64,000 nt of DNA from NCBI RefSeq assembly GCF_964204645.1, contig NW_027437434.1, forward strand, positions 62,001-126,000. Direction: 5' to 3'. The notes under the pieces were generated by a model. It saw only the letters and a list, made by a program, of their open reading frames with translations, searched no databases and had not been told where the DNA came from. The translations under genes and the position numbers were made by a program. Shown piece after piece: positions 13,641 through 27,241 of the stretch. The DNA comes from Tubulanus polymorphus (lineage: Eukaryota > Animalia > Nemertea). The stretch's first letter is position 1, and every line of letters begins with the position of its first letter.

Positions 13641-14959
13641 TTGTTTTCATTTGTCAGACATTATTCAAGATATTGTCATTTGGTGATGACTATATGGTGA
13701 TGCTGTAATGTTGCTTGGCGCGTGCACGTTTGATATGATAACAGGCTGAATAATTTGTACGCTACGATATTTTGGACGTAGACCATAAACAAATGTTTAT
13801 CTTTGGTCTTAGTTGACTACAAAATAATTCTTTAAGAACGACGAAATACAATATAAACTTCTAGCATTTTGACGTCACAAATTGTTCAGATTTTTGAAGC
13901 AATGCCCTTTCTCCAAACAACCTCTAGCTTTCAAGGTAAACCACACTTTTCAAGGTACACCACACATGGGCAATTTATTTGAGAAATTAACCAAAAGTGT
14001 CAAAAATTCGATTTATCGGAGCACATTTTTTATGCAGCATCTTTAAGTGTCAAGAATTACACATGTGAAAATTCAATGCTATTTGCGTGGGAAGAAATTT
14101 ATCTCGTCGAGATCTGACGCTTTGTTCGTTATTTATGGGCTTTCAAAGACGAAACGCCCAAAATCTCGGTTATATATAATTTGTGTTGACCCGGTTTGAA
14201 CTACATCATGACGTCATAGCATTCGTTGAATATGTAAATGAGGTGGATCAGCAGGCGCTAAACAAAATGGAGGCACAATTGAAGAGGTTTATATTCATCA
14301 TTTCTAGCGCGAAAATACTGATACTCAAGGCGTATGATATAATGATTTATTGTGTGCGATGTGTTCAACAATTCATCTAGTTTTGAAATCCCGTGCATAA
14401 GGTAACATTGCATCAAGATATCTGACGAAATTCTGGTTTCAAATTGCGGAAATTTACTTCTGTGTTTGCCACACGGCTGATTTACAGATGGTAGCATTGA
14501 ATTTTTAGAGATTAGTCTGATATTTACACGACTGGAATACTTGTTTAATCATCATTGATTTAAGTCATTTAATTGACGTTCGCATTAACGATCTGTTTTG
14601 GAGCCTGATTATTTGTATTAGTTTGTAAATCGCTGCACAGTGATGGACGTTCGCGTTGAAAACAGTCGTGAACAGTGGCGTAGGCAATATCGCCTTATAC
14701 TCATGTTCACTGCGTGTATGTATCTGTTATAGATAACACGTGCCAAGGCGCAGGTTGCGCGTATCAACGATTATGAGTGAAGATGTAAGCTTGCCTGCCT
14801 ACTTAAAGGGGAACTGCAGTGAAAAAATGTTTGTATCTATATATGTTAGAAACCTTTATAGATACATTTTCACAACAGCAGAAAAAACATTTCATCTAAT
14901 ACTTTATCCAAAAAAGAGGGTTTTGTAGAATGCTTGGCCGCCGCCATTTTCTCCACGTA

Positions 14960-15850
14960 GCAGACGCTTTTCGTCATAGCATCTCATCAGCAGCAAACTA
15001 TCCACTGAAGAAGACTCAGATAACAAATACACGCGCCCCTGCAACTAATCTAGATGTCAACTCTGCCCTCTCATCAACTCATCACCGACCGTCACCGCAG
15101 CCAACAACCAACAACTCAAAGTCACTGGACCCTACACATGCGACTCCACCAACGTTGTTTATGCCATCACATGCGATATGTGCCCTGGAACCATCTACAT
15201 CGGAGAAACTGGACAAACATTACGTCAACGCTTGAACGGTCACAAATTTGATCAGACACAAGAAAATGGATAAACCTATCATTTCAATCTTCCGAACCAC
15301 ATAATCAGAAACCTAAAAGTGACCGCGTTACATAAAATGAACACTTCTAATAAGCATTCGAGCGAAATCATGGAAAAAAAACTTATTCAACGCGGTGATA
15401 CTGTTAATCGTGGCCTCAATGGCGATCTAGGATTCATGTCCCACTACAGAACGTTATTTCGTTTGTTATTCATTGTATCTGGACTTATCTCGGACTTCCA
15501 TTTCTTGTTATTCGTTGCTCTTAGATACTATCTGTTTATTTTACTTTGATATAGTTTCATTTTGATTTATTTCTCTTTGATTTGTTTTAGTTTGTTGTTC
15601 CTTAATTAATTGATTATCTACTCATTCACTTAGTTATTAATTATCATGTCACTCATCATTTATTTGTAATTACTCTTCTCACTCAGTTTCAGTTCTCTGT
15701 AATTAGTGTCAGTCTACCTATAAATACTGTTGTTTTTCTATTGACTATACTCATTCACCTGATGAAGCTTCTATTCATTAGAAGCGAAAGCTCGTGCGTC
15801 AAATAAATAGTTAACCTATACAGTACTACTCGTCTCGTTACTTATTGTAT
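14960..15850 (+). mobile_element. 5'-truncated Penelope-like retroelement: degenerate GIY-YIG endonuclease plus pseudo-LTR
   Basis: Translation RCQLCPLI...YTCDSTNVVYAITCDMCPGTIYIGETGQTLRQRLNGHK...HFNLPNH...GLN. TATAAA at about 15719, hammerhead at 15756, AATAAA at 15802. Confidence 0.9.
15756..15796 (+). ncRNA. Minimal type I hammerhead ribozyme
   Basis: cac-CTGATGA-a-gcttcta(ttcat)tagaagc-GAAA-gc-TC-gtg: conserved core, 7-bp stem II, palindromic AGCT mini stem III, cac/gtg stem I. Confidence 0.85.
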
Positions 15851-18800
15851 ACAAGTTGATTAGGAAATTTCAACTAGTGTTATGCTAAACAACAACAAGA
15901 GTAGAAATGAATGGCCAATTATAATTTTTTGACTGCAGTTCCCCTTTAAAGCAATCCTATCGTGAAATTATTAACAACTATGTCAGTCGATAAACTTTAT
16001 TTTGTCAGTAACCGGCACTGGCCTCAAATTTGCATAGACTTGGGAGCTTCTGTCCTTATTGGGCCGTATGATAATGAAAAACCTCTGACGAAACCCAGGC
16101 TCTCACTTTGCCGGGTCACTCATAGTTTTAGTTGTTTTATATGTCATTCTATGAATGTATTGAAATTATGAATATTAATTTGTTGAGACAAAAATTTCCA
16201 AAATCAATTTTTCGAAGATTTCATTCTCGTTAAAAAGTCAGTTATCACTGACCAAAATTAAGTCCTTTCTGATACATGTATATTTTTTCTTTTCTAACTT
16301 TCAATGAAATGAATTTTTGCGTACTAGTAGCCTATGCATGGCAAATTCTTTACTTCACACTAGTTTGGGGAGCCACTGGACCATTGGTCCTTTATCTTGT
16401 TAGTGCTGTAGATACTACAATGACAATTTGTACTACAAATGATGTTCTTTCCCTTAAGTTACTAGTTATGCTTTGCTACGTCTATGGATCATACCTTCTA
16501 TTATAATTTTTCGCTCTTTCAAAGCAGCCAACAAGGCAGACGTCTTACTAGTTTGTTTCTCTTCTAGATTTCTTCTCAACTAGATAGGTATAATGGGTTA
16601 AGTCCACTGGTAACACCTTTTCAAGATCAAATTTCTCATTCTTCCAATATGGCCACCCCAAAGTACATTTGAATTCCTTGTTAGTGCTCTTGACACCTCA
16701 AGGACCAGCGATATTCTTGAAAGTTAGCACCTTTGATTTGTGTGGTCCATGGAGTATACCTACCAAAAAATATTGATGGATACTTTGCAACCTATGGATA
16801 CTTTGCAACCAAAACCGATTGCAAAGTTGTAGCTTATTACATGTTGTATGATTGTGTTTAAGTTTCAAGGTCATTGGATTTTGTACATGGTCACCAGGGG
16901 ATGTTGAATAGCTGAATAACTTGTAGCTCATGACATGTTCTATGATTGTAAAGAGTTTCTAGGTCACCAGTTGATGTATATGGTCGCCAAGGGGCGTTGA
17001 ATAGCTGAATAACTTAGTACTTTTCATACTGTATTTTTTGTAACCACAATAAATTTCAAAATTGTAGCTTGTGACATTTTTGTGGTCGGTTCACGTAGTG
17101 AACGACCACTTCGTTATCCTGTTCAAATGACGTCATGTTGTCTCCTAGGTCAGTCAAATTCTTACCGTTCAGTTTTCTCCGTAACCACATAATGTCTACA
17201 CTTTTCTACACATTTGTACTACTGAATGTTAGATCAAGTTTATTGCGCTGTCCAATATTTCCGTCATTTGATGTAAAAATTGACAGAATTCCTTGTAAGA
17301 TTATGGCTAGACTATGGCACATATTGACAGCACTGCACTGCTATGTCGAGCGCACTGACGTGATTATGGGAAACCACGCTATGATTGGTTGTTACTAGTC
17401 AAAGTGCTGAAGTGATCCGTTCGACAAGTTTAGGCACTTATATATGGTAATCGCTTTCTAGAAGGTAGTTTTTTTTATCCTGACATTAAACTTTGCCGAT
17501 TAGTTTGTTTGATATGGAAGAGGCTAACACGCGCGCCACCGATGTATGAGGGTGCTGTTCTTACTATCATCACTGTATGTTGACTAATGTAAGAAATATA
17601 GCTGCAAAGCAGCAATAACGGGTTTTCTGCACAACCTTGTTCGTATTCTTGATCTTGTCTGGATAATGTGTCGACCACGATCGCGTGTATGCGATGCAGT
17701 GTTCTGTTCATGGTCAGAAAGTTGGGCTTCTACCTGAAAGGCATGATATGGGTACAAAGAAAACCAAGGACGTCTAGCGGCAATAAATTTGTTTATTTAC
17801 ACTTGAATTGATAATCGAAGTGACGAGCAGCCTCTGGTGGATTGCGGGATGACGACTCAGAAAAACATGTGGCCTCATTGAATGGGGCCCAATTTTCGAT
17901 GTTTACGGCCCGACAGTGCTTTTGTAACTTTGATTTATCAAAATACGCATGGAGTATTTGTAGATCGAAGTGAGCTGAAGGATATCGTACCGATTGTATC
18001 GGCAACAGTGGCAAGGTAACAAAGCCTATGTTCTTTTATTGAAAATAGTGTGACATGAAATAATAATAATAAGAAACACGCAAATCTTAATAGGGTTTTC
18101 TGTGAAGTAACAGAAAACCCTAATAACATAACGGGAAGTGATTTTGATTTTTAGGCCATCCGTACACTGAGCCTATATATTACTATACAAATACAGCAAA
18201 TTTTATTGACCAGATGGTTTCAAATGAAAGGTTTTTTCATTGTGCAACCTGGGCATATATTCATGATACAAATCGTGCATTCAAGCGTGAATGCTAAGCT
18301 GTCAGGTTTAAAAAGTCAATCAGAAAGCATTGTCTCCACTATGATTGGCTTAGCCACAGAAGTCATCAGGTGTTCACGTGATTCCGCGGTATCGATGACT
18401 GTTTTATTTGCAGGTTTAATTTTAAGATTCAAAATTGTATTTCAAGATCGATTCCTGTGATTACTCAATTTGGTTTTTGAGAGGAAGTTTTATTTGCACT
18501 TCCGAATCCTTGACAATTGTTCGGGAAAAATAGCTTTTTCTCAAATCGGATATATGACCTTGATATGCAAATTAGCCATGTACACGAATTGCAAATTCAA
18601 TAAAATCTTATTCCGCAAAATGTCAAATCCAAGTCAATTTAACTTTATTGAGCAAAAAATTCAAATTCATCGAATTCCATTTTATTTTACTCTACATTCA
18701 AATGTATTCACTAGACGATGAGTAAAGATTGATCTGAGGTATTCGTTCGTGCCAGCCCCAGTATCTCTGTTAGTACCGTTACTTATAAAATATAGCCAGT

Positions 18801-19103
18801 CTAATGAAAAACAATCTTTGTCATTCAAACCTAACGGAGCAGGAGAACCGACCACATGTTTGAAATTTTCTAGTCTATGATTGTGGTGAGTTTTAAGGTC
18901 ATTGTAACCTTAAAATATTCACCAGGGGTCTTTGAATATTGAAATTTTTTGTTTGTTGAGCATTTCGAACCACTTCTTTGAATTCATTGTCAGTTCTGCA
19001 GACACTACACATATGGTTCTATTCTCTTTGACTCAGCACTTCTTACACACATTTGAATTTTTTATGGGAAATGTTGAAGATGTTTCAATCAATTACTTTT
19101 ATT

Positions 19104-19976
19104 AGGTCAGCCGTAGGCTGAGCCTATTACTATACAAATGGAGCGAATTTAAATGTCATGGTTTCCAGAGCTAAGGCCCATTGACTGTGCAACTGAGCAT
19201 ATATTCATAAAAATCATTCATTAGAGCAATAACCATTCTCTAACCCAAATGAAGCTGAATTTTGAAAGAGGGCCTCGAAAAAAATTTTATGAGCTTTTTT
19301 GCGAAATTCTGATCGCAAAAATATCTGTTTTAAAAGGCCAATCAGAAAGCAAAGACTCCTATAATGAGGTATCGTGGTATCGCAGTATCGTCTAGCGTTT
19401 TACTTCCGGGTTTTATTTTAAGATCTAAAATTGTATTTCAATATAGATTTCTGTGAAATCTTTAGTTGATTCGGTTTTTGGGAGGAATATCTTCATTTGC
19501 ACTACAGAAAATATCATTGACAATTGTGCAAAGTCCGGGAAAAATCACTTTTTCTCAAATCGGATGGATGACCTTGATACTCTAATTAGCCATGTGCTCA
19601 GACTGCAAATTCAATCAAATTTTGTTCTGCAAAAAAGATATCAAATCAATTCAATTTTACTTTATTGAGGAAGGTAAAACAGCAAATCCAATTCAATTTT
19701 GTTTTATTGAGCAAATTTCAGGAAATTCAATTCTATTCCGCATTCAAATCAAAAAGACCAAGGGAAAAGATTTATCTGAGGTATTTGGTCCTGCCAGCTC
19801 CAGTCGCTGTCTGTGCTACTTAAGAAAACACGATTGAATTGTGTAAATTATAAGCCTGGGATTGACTAGTCTATGAGCAGGACTGTGTATTTGGACAAAT
19901 TTAACTCACAGAATGCATCATTTGCCATTTTATGAAAAGCTGACAGGCTGGCCATAGTGCCCCTTGGGGCTCTTGT
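19104..19976 (+). mobile_element. Helentron/HINE-like element (family A), near complete
   Basis: Sub-terminal inverted repeats gg(t/c)cagcc / ggctggcc, 3' hairpin gccccttggggc, T-rich insertion site. Confidence 0.75.
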
Positions 19977-21775
19977 CTTTCATTTTATTTGTATCCCCTA
20001 ACCTGTCACCTCTTTTGAGCCCCAAAAGGAAAATTTTGACCTGAATTCCGAGACCTTCCTATTGGTTTGTGATTTTCTTTTGACATTTGTGATGGATATT
20101 CTTTGAGAAGAGATCTTTAGTAAACCAACGGGGTTTTGCGATCAGCCAAGTATCACACAATTGACGGCCATCTTAGTGTCATCAGTCCTCATTCGTAGAT
20201 GAAAAAAGTTTTTTTTGAGATAAATATCAACAGGCTTTAACTTATTGTCTTGGGATATATCACCTTAAATGAAATATGGGATCACCCAATGTTTTGTTAT
20301 TGCCACCAGGGGGAGTTGAATATTGAATCATATACAATATGTCTATTCATGTTGGCAGCTATGCATATTTTGTAATTAAGTTTAAGTCCTGACAAGGGAG
20401 CAATGCGTGATTCTTGCAGCCGTTCATAGAGCTCCAACTAAAGAAGTTCAGAAGTTAGAAGTGATGGACGGGGTTATCCTATCCTTAGCTTGTTTTGTTT
20501 CGCATGCCAATCTTTTATCGATTTGGGGGTCTGGCTAATCTCGTTTTAGCATCCCGCCGGTCGATCATGGATACTGGGTACTAAGTTTGTTAGACAGATT
20601 AGGTTTCGAAATCTCTGAATCAATAGGCTCTCTTTGTCTCTTCTCAGGTTGGTGCATGCCAGTTTCAGTGGAGTTGAGAAAAATTCATGGGGGCAGACAG
20701 TCCATCACACAAGCTCTTTAGAGGAGGCGTTCTGCACCGATTCCTGTGGCACATGGGTTTAGTCCAGTCCAACTTACAGGATGTTTCCGTCAAGGGGTGT
20801 CACTGGCCCTCATTCAGAAACCCTTACAGATTTGTTGGCGATGGTCCTTCTTTTCAGCCAGGCAGAGGGCATTTCCCATGATAGCTTGTGCACTTTCGTC
20901 AGAAGACAGAATTGGAACTCCACCAGGAGGGGACAGATTGGATACTTGCTTGCCAATCCATTATTGGATCTATTTGCCAATCTTCCCCTGGATCAGTCCT
21001 CCCCTGGGTATTAAAGCAACTAAAGAGGTCAATTGCAATATCTTTCTGATAGCTCCATGTTAGCCAGCTCAGAAATGGTTTCTCCTGTATTTCAACCGGA
21101 ACTTTCCATTGCTTTTCCCAGCACCCGGCAGTGGTTAAATCTGTTCACCTTGTCCAACGAGGGTAACGGCTACAGGCTTTTTTCTAGAGTTGGCTGCCAC
21201 ATTTATCATGGGATCCAAGGAGGCCATTGGCGTCCTCAGGATTTTTTTTGGGGAGTTAGTTTTTAGGAATGGAAGGGGGGGTCTGGGGAAAATTTTCAAA
21301 ATTTCATGCAAGCAGGCACGTTCTGGTGCAATCTGAGGCCGATAAGTAGACTGGTTCCCATTCACTTCGCATGCATTGCTCTGCTCCACGATTGCCCATA
21401 CTTTGTGGGCTTCCGGATGGGCGGACGTTACAGAAGATCATGGAATTTCCCAGCTTGTTGCAGGGTTTTAATTAGGGGCCCTTGAGTACCAAAAGTAGGT
21501 TTCCCATGGGATCTGTCAATAATTTTAAAGAAGTTAAAGGAGGCTCTGTTTGAACCTCCTTTGGCTGCGTCTTTTGCAAGCTTGTCAAAGAAGACTATTC
21601 TTACTGTTCTTAGGTTGCATGGCCCCTTATGATATCCACACATATCCTGTTTAGATAAGGCCATATTGTGTACAGGCTGACAAGTTGTTCATTAGAATTC
21701 AGCTCCCTCACGTCATGTTCGAATGTTGACAAGTGTAGAATATTTCCTGTAGTCTAATGTTAGTCAGTTACTTAA

Positions 21776-23123
21776 CCCATTAGCACTCGGGAATTTCACT
21801 ATGTAGTGTCAATTACTCCTCAGACAATTCTAGGGAAAATCCAAGTTCATCACAATACTGAATAGCTCATTTGCTGTTTATTTCCATGCACTACAAGATC
21901 TTGTTATTTTAGTAGATAGTCAAGGCTTTCATATGATATAAGATTTGATGAGGTGGGCCACCAAAATCGTGTCCTTTTGGCCCTCGAAATTCATTCAAAC
22001 TTACTTGGATTTGAAGTGAGCGCTAAGATCTGAAACAGTTACTCTTGAAAATGGTTTTTAGGATAAAACCGAAAATTTGGGTTATTATTATTAATAAATT
22101 TTAATAGTTTCGATTTTTGGTTCGAAGAATGAGAACCTAAGCTATCGTCAAGTTGCAGTCATGAAGTCACGTGACAGGATCGGAAGATTTTTTTTTTCAG
22201 ATTGAGTGATACGCCTCAATGAAATAGGTCCACATACGTAATTCGCTTGTCTTAAGAATATTATAATTATCATGATAGATATATTCAAATACTCTGAATA
22301 ATATCATTTTCTAAAATCATGCGTAATGAATGCCGATTTAGCGGTTGGTTAAAACAAATCATTACATCTACTCGCGCATAAATACACCATCAACGCTGAG
22401 CCTGTTAAAGCGCCAGTTCCCGTACGTACAGCCATACACACGTTGGTGCCGACACCGGCTTCCACATCAAAAGTTAAGAACAAAATATTAGAAATATTTG
22501 TGATCCGATTTAAACCAAATAAACCTTTAAAGTAAGGTATTTAGCATCGGATATTGTGCCGAAAATTCTAGATTGATACACTACATAGTTTTTCAAGTAA
22601 GCGCATTTTTAGTGTAAACCAATTATGTTGATTGACAGGCAGTATCAGCTGTGCGCCTCATTTTATCGATGACGTCAGATATAAACAATAACATTACCAC
22701 GTGCGCAATGCAAACGGAAAACAAATTGAATTTTTTTGAACAAACTTCTCTAATGGAATATCAATTTCTTTTCATAATTTGCCTTTCTTTTATGTGATTT
22801 ATAATTTGTACATCAGACTTCTTCGAACCCCAGGACTTTGAAGTCCTCTTGTTAAAAAAACCTTTTTTGTTCCTCTGATTGTGGGACTTATATTCCAGAT
22901 CTGTCATGTTCATACTGTAAATACTCTAGGAATCAAAATAGGAGGATGTTGATTTTTTGACAGTATTTCGAGGCCTTGGGTGCGTAGTTTATCATAAGCT
23001 ATTGGGTTTGAATCCCACCATAACTGTTTTTGTACACCATACGAAAAAAAGTGTCTGGGCAGATTCGGGTTGTTTGAGGAGTAATAGTCAGGGCGGAACA
23101 CGGGTGGCTTGAGTGCTAATGGA
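21776..23123. mobile_element. piggyBac-like non-autonomous element
   Basis: ttaa|cccattagcactc...gagtgctaatgga|ttaa. Confidence 0.75.
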
Positions 23124-23357
23124 TTAATATGAATGAATGATCAACAGCTATAGAAATGGCTGTATAAAGAGCTGGTATGTCCAAAAATGCATATCAAGTA
23201 AAATTTCATGTCAATATCTGAAATAACTAAAGTTGGGTGTTAAGTCTTGTAGATGGTTTCAACATATTCTATTGTGACTGCTATTATCAGCTCTTAAGCA
23301 AAACACTTTGTTTCTGAGGAACAAATAACTTTTCTAATTATTTGATTTTTGTTGCAG

Positions 23358-23444
23358 ATTATCGGACCAAAATCAGAAAGAAAATCTTGGTATTGTTGTT
23401 CAGTACAAAGTGAAAGTTCGACTTATTCTTGGACTAGTAGCAGG
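23358..23444 (+). CDS. ARRB: beta-arrestin exon: (I)LSDQNQKENLGIVVQYKVKVRLILGLVA(G)
   Basis: ttgcag / gtaagt splice sites, 87 nt, phase 2-2. Matches the arrestin LGIxVxYKVKVKL strand. Confidence 0.96.
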
Positions 23445-23814
23445 GTAAGTCAACCCACTTCCTTAATGATTAAGTCAACTTCGGTTAATTTGTGTTCGGT
23501 TATCCAGTTAAGCTCTTATTCCGTATAAATAAATGGGTCCTATTTTCATGGACTTTCGCTTTAGTGAAGTTTATTTTACTTTGGCATTTGAAACTTTCTT
23601 CCTTGGTTCAAACTAAATTCCGAACAAGGCTTAGTTTCTCTTCGGACATTCAATGCAGTAATAAAATCTGTAACCCTATTGTATTTCATCAGGATGAGTT
23701 TCTTATTTATTAATTCAGTTATTTATCTGTTGTTGGAACTACATTTCGTTTCGGAAGGATACATGCGCTGTCACGTATATTCATGCTTCACTTTGTTTCT
23801 TGTTTTGTAATTGG

Positions 23815-24830
23815 ATCCAAGATGGCCAACTGGTGGCCATATTTGTTTTGTTTTTTTTTTATGCATGATACATGAAAAAGATGATGTCAGATCTAAAGAA
23901 GCAGATTTGATAATGAAAATATGTTGCGGATATATAGTTGATGGAATGGCAAGCCCCAGTGCAAAAAGTTTCAAGGTCACATGATATTCCATTTGGCCAC
24001 TAGAGGAGCTCAGAACATGAATCAGTGATGACTTCAGATGACGTTGTAAACGAAACACGTTTCACTATGTCTCGCTGATTGGGATTGGAGCACAAGATTT
24101 CCACCCCTATCAAAAATTAAGGCTGTGTGCCATCAGATATGGCCGCCAGGGCAGCTATCTTGAATTTCTAGTTTGCTCAAAACAGCCTATTATTCTTAAT
24201 GGATTTTCATAGAATTTAGTGTCTTGTTTTGGCGGATAAGATTATTATATTATTACTATTGATAATTGAGGTCATCGGCCATCAAATATGGCTATCCATG
24301 GTTGCCATCTTGAATTTTCTTGTTAGGACAATAGAGCCTACAATTCTTGATTGGTTTTCATGAAATCAGTGTGAGGATTGGGGTAGATGAGATGCCTGGC
24401 CCCTATTCAAAATACAGGTTATCAGTCATCAAATATTGCAATGACAGCCATCTTTAATTTCTTGTTAGCAGGTAACAGCCTATAATTCTTGATTCTTTCA
24501 TTATTTAGTTGCATTTGGAAGTGAGATGTGCGCCCCTTTTGTAAATAGAAGTTATCGACTTTCAAATATGGCCACCTAGGTGGCCATTTTGAATTATGTT
24601 ATTAGCACAATAGAGCCTAAAATTCTTGATTGATTTACATGAAACTTGTTTTGATGATTGGAGCACGTAAGATATTCTTTACTTACGAAAATGGAGGTCA
24701 TCAGCTATTATATTATAATATTGCCACCAGGGTAGCCATCTTGAATTTCTAGTTTTGCACGATACAGCTTGGAATATTTGATGGATATCCATGGAACTTG
24801 ATGTGAGAGTTAAGACAGGTTAATCTGTGT
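23815..24830. repeat. Degenerate ~145-bp tandem subrepeats (HINE-type internal array)
   Basis: Recurrent aaatatggcc...gccatcttgaattt unit. Confidence 0.55.
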
Positions 24831-25282
24831 TCCACTTAAATTCTTACAAAGTGGGTGAGAGTGTATTGCGGGGGGGGGGGGTTATTTAAGGCGTAATTCA
24901 AGTTCCAAATAAATAGTTTCCCCACCTACCTGTACCCTACCAAATTTTCGACATGGACGGTAAACAAAGGTATATTTTTGGCCTTACTTCACTACTAAAT
25001 AATTCTTTGAAACTTTAAGCTAAAAGTTAAAACAATTTTTCCATAGGCAATGCGCTCGGCGCACAACCTCTGGCTTTCTAGGTAAACCACTTTGCCCTGG
25101 GCAATTCATTTCAGAAATTTCTTGGTGGGAAATGGTCTACCCCTCAAAAACCCCTGATGTATATTGCATATTTACATGCACTTGCTATAAAAGTTACATA
25201 GAATTCGTACAATTAGTACAGATGCACTCTGCCCTAAACAAACAATACAATTTATAACTTCATCGATTCCTATTTATTTCAG

Positions 25283-25423
25283 TGAATTGGCAGTTGAGTT
25301 ACCATTTACTATCACGCATCCAAAACCTCTTGAATCTCCACCTCCAAGTCGACCAATCAGCGCAGTGGCTCCTGGTTCAAACGAACCACCTATAGATACT
25401 AATCTTATACAACTTGAAACAAA
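25283..25423 (+). CDS. ARRB: beta-arrestin exon: ELAVELPFTITHPKP...IDTNLIQLET (clathrin box LIQLE)
   Basis: tttcag / gtaagt splice sites, 141 nt. VELPF-HPKP motif and LxxLE clathrin-binding box. Confidence 0.96.
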
Positions 25424-25844
25424 GTAAGTGTATGAAATTTAAACTATTTTGAAATCTCACAAATGGACTGATTATGAAACAGTGCTACCAGCTATTTGCC
25501 ATCAATATTAGGCCTATAGATATTATTGACAGATACTATAGAAAGATTAGATGAAGGGTTTAGACGAGTTGCCTGGTGTGATAAGTTAATCATAGGGGTC
25601 GATTGAGCGCTATCACAAGTATCGCAGTGCTACTAAGAAAATTTCTTATACTACAGCTAAGGATCTCAGTATCAAATTGCAGTACTGCCATTTGACTCAA
25701 TGTATTTGCAGTACTCGCTGTTAATTACCATTGTATTGCAAGCAGAAGGTAAAAATGAAAAATAAATCGGCCACAACATCTCATTGTTACCGTATTCGCG
25801 CGTGCCAGAAGAGTGCTGTCACCAAGTGACTGCTATATATGTAA

Positions 25845-26454
25845 GGCACGGTCGCACGACAAAATTAAGACCGGTCTAAGCTTTCACACGGGAAAAAATA
25901 CCGTTCCAAATCAGACCCATCTAGTTTAGACTACTCAAATTTGGCATGGTCCAAAAGAGCGAATCGGGTTCGGTTTAAATTGTAACTGTGAATCTCTGCA
26001 GTAGATGTCACGACCTCTCCGGTAGAGTATGAGTCCAGTTAATAAGTTTCAAATGCTTTATTACCGCTTACGTAAGTATTTCTAAGTACTGGTTTTTCCG
26101 AAATATACCATGGAATGTTTGGAGCGTAACTAATATTCATATTCGTATGCCGCAATCATCATATGTTTTACTTTCGTGTTTTGAATCGTGTTAAAACGAG
26201 TTTCAATATAGAATAAAATCAAAACCGCAAAAATGTCTAAACCTGACAGAGGATCGATTGGTCAAATGAAGAATGTCTAGCTCTACTTAGAAACTGGAAG
26301 CAAGACTTCATCCAGGCCCAATTAATTATTTAGCAGATGGCAACATCTTGATTTTATCAACGCGTGTCAAAACGGCATGTGAACATTCACAAAAATTTGG
26401 TACCAGGTACGGACCCATTAAGACTGGTCTAACTAGTTGTCACGTGAACGCGGC
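25845..26454. mobile_element. Degenerate Harbinger-type MITE
   Basis: Imperfect TIRs ggcacggtcgcacgac...agaccggtctaa / agactggtctaa...gtcacgtgaacgcggc, preceded by taa. Confidence 0.5.
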
Positions 26455-26874
26455 TATAGACTTGCCCAGGCGATTACCTATACACATAACCATATGTGTT
26501 ACCTATATAGGCAGACACTCGGCACTAACCGCTGACGCGTGTGTTTGCAAATGATTTAGCAGACCCTCAGCACTAACCGCTTACATGCGTTGTGATGAAT
26601 TAGTTTCATTGTTTTGGAACAATTTTGTAGTATTTTTTTAAAAGCCTTATTGCAGTCGTTCTAATGGCGATAGCATAATAAAAGTTATAATTTTCTTGGA
26701 GCTTATGACCTCAGCTACCAGAAGATTATTTTCAAAATTTCTATTTGGGGTCGTATAAATTTATATCACGTATGCACTAAGCGCCTAGTTTCTAACACAG
26801 TCAGTGTATGTCAGTACATCTAATCATTCAAAACATGTGTTGTGATGTTGAAATTACTGGAACCTCAGCTAGTA

Positions 26875-27241
26875 CAGGGATGAAAATCTTCCGACCATAG
26901 ACGGATTTCCGACCTTTTCTAACATTTTCTTTATTCCTGAGAACAGTGTAAATCACTTCAATCGCTTTAATCACCTCAATCGCAGGCGTCACATCGGAGC
27001 GCTCCTTAGGAGTGCTCCTTAAGACGGTTTTTGGCAGTTGTTAGCACAACTGTGCAGTCGGAGAAACCAATATGGCGTCTCATTAAAAAAGCGGCTCTAA
27101 TTCTGGCCCAAACTATTAATATTTTGACCAAAAGGAAGTAAGTTTTTTGGCTAAAAGTTACTGATTTTTGTTCCCAAAAAAAATTCTTTTTTTTTTGAAA
27201 ATATTTTCCGACTTTTTCAATATGGGCCATTTTCATCCCTG
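26875..27241. mobile_element. hAT-like MITE, CAGGGATGAAAAT TIRs, 6-bp TSD ctagta
   Basis: ctagta|cagggatgaaaat...attttcatccctg|ctagta. Confidence 0.88.

Larger units (their letters stand above)
14807..15945. mobile_element. Kolobok-like non-autonomous DNA transposon (TTAA TSD) hosting a Penelope fragment
   Basis: ttaa|aggggaactgcagt...actgcagttcccct|ttaa. A TTAA TSD with purine-purine start is typical of Kolobok. Confidence 0.8.

Noticed and set aside
20380-21700. GC-richer region with several short ORFs
   Set aside because: Probably a decayed transposon, but I recognised no protein motif.
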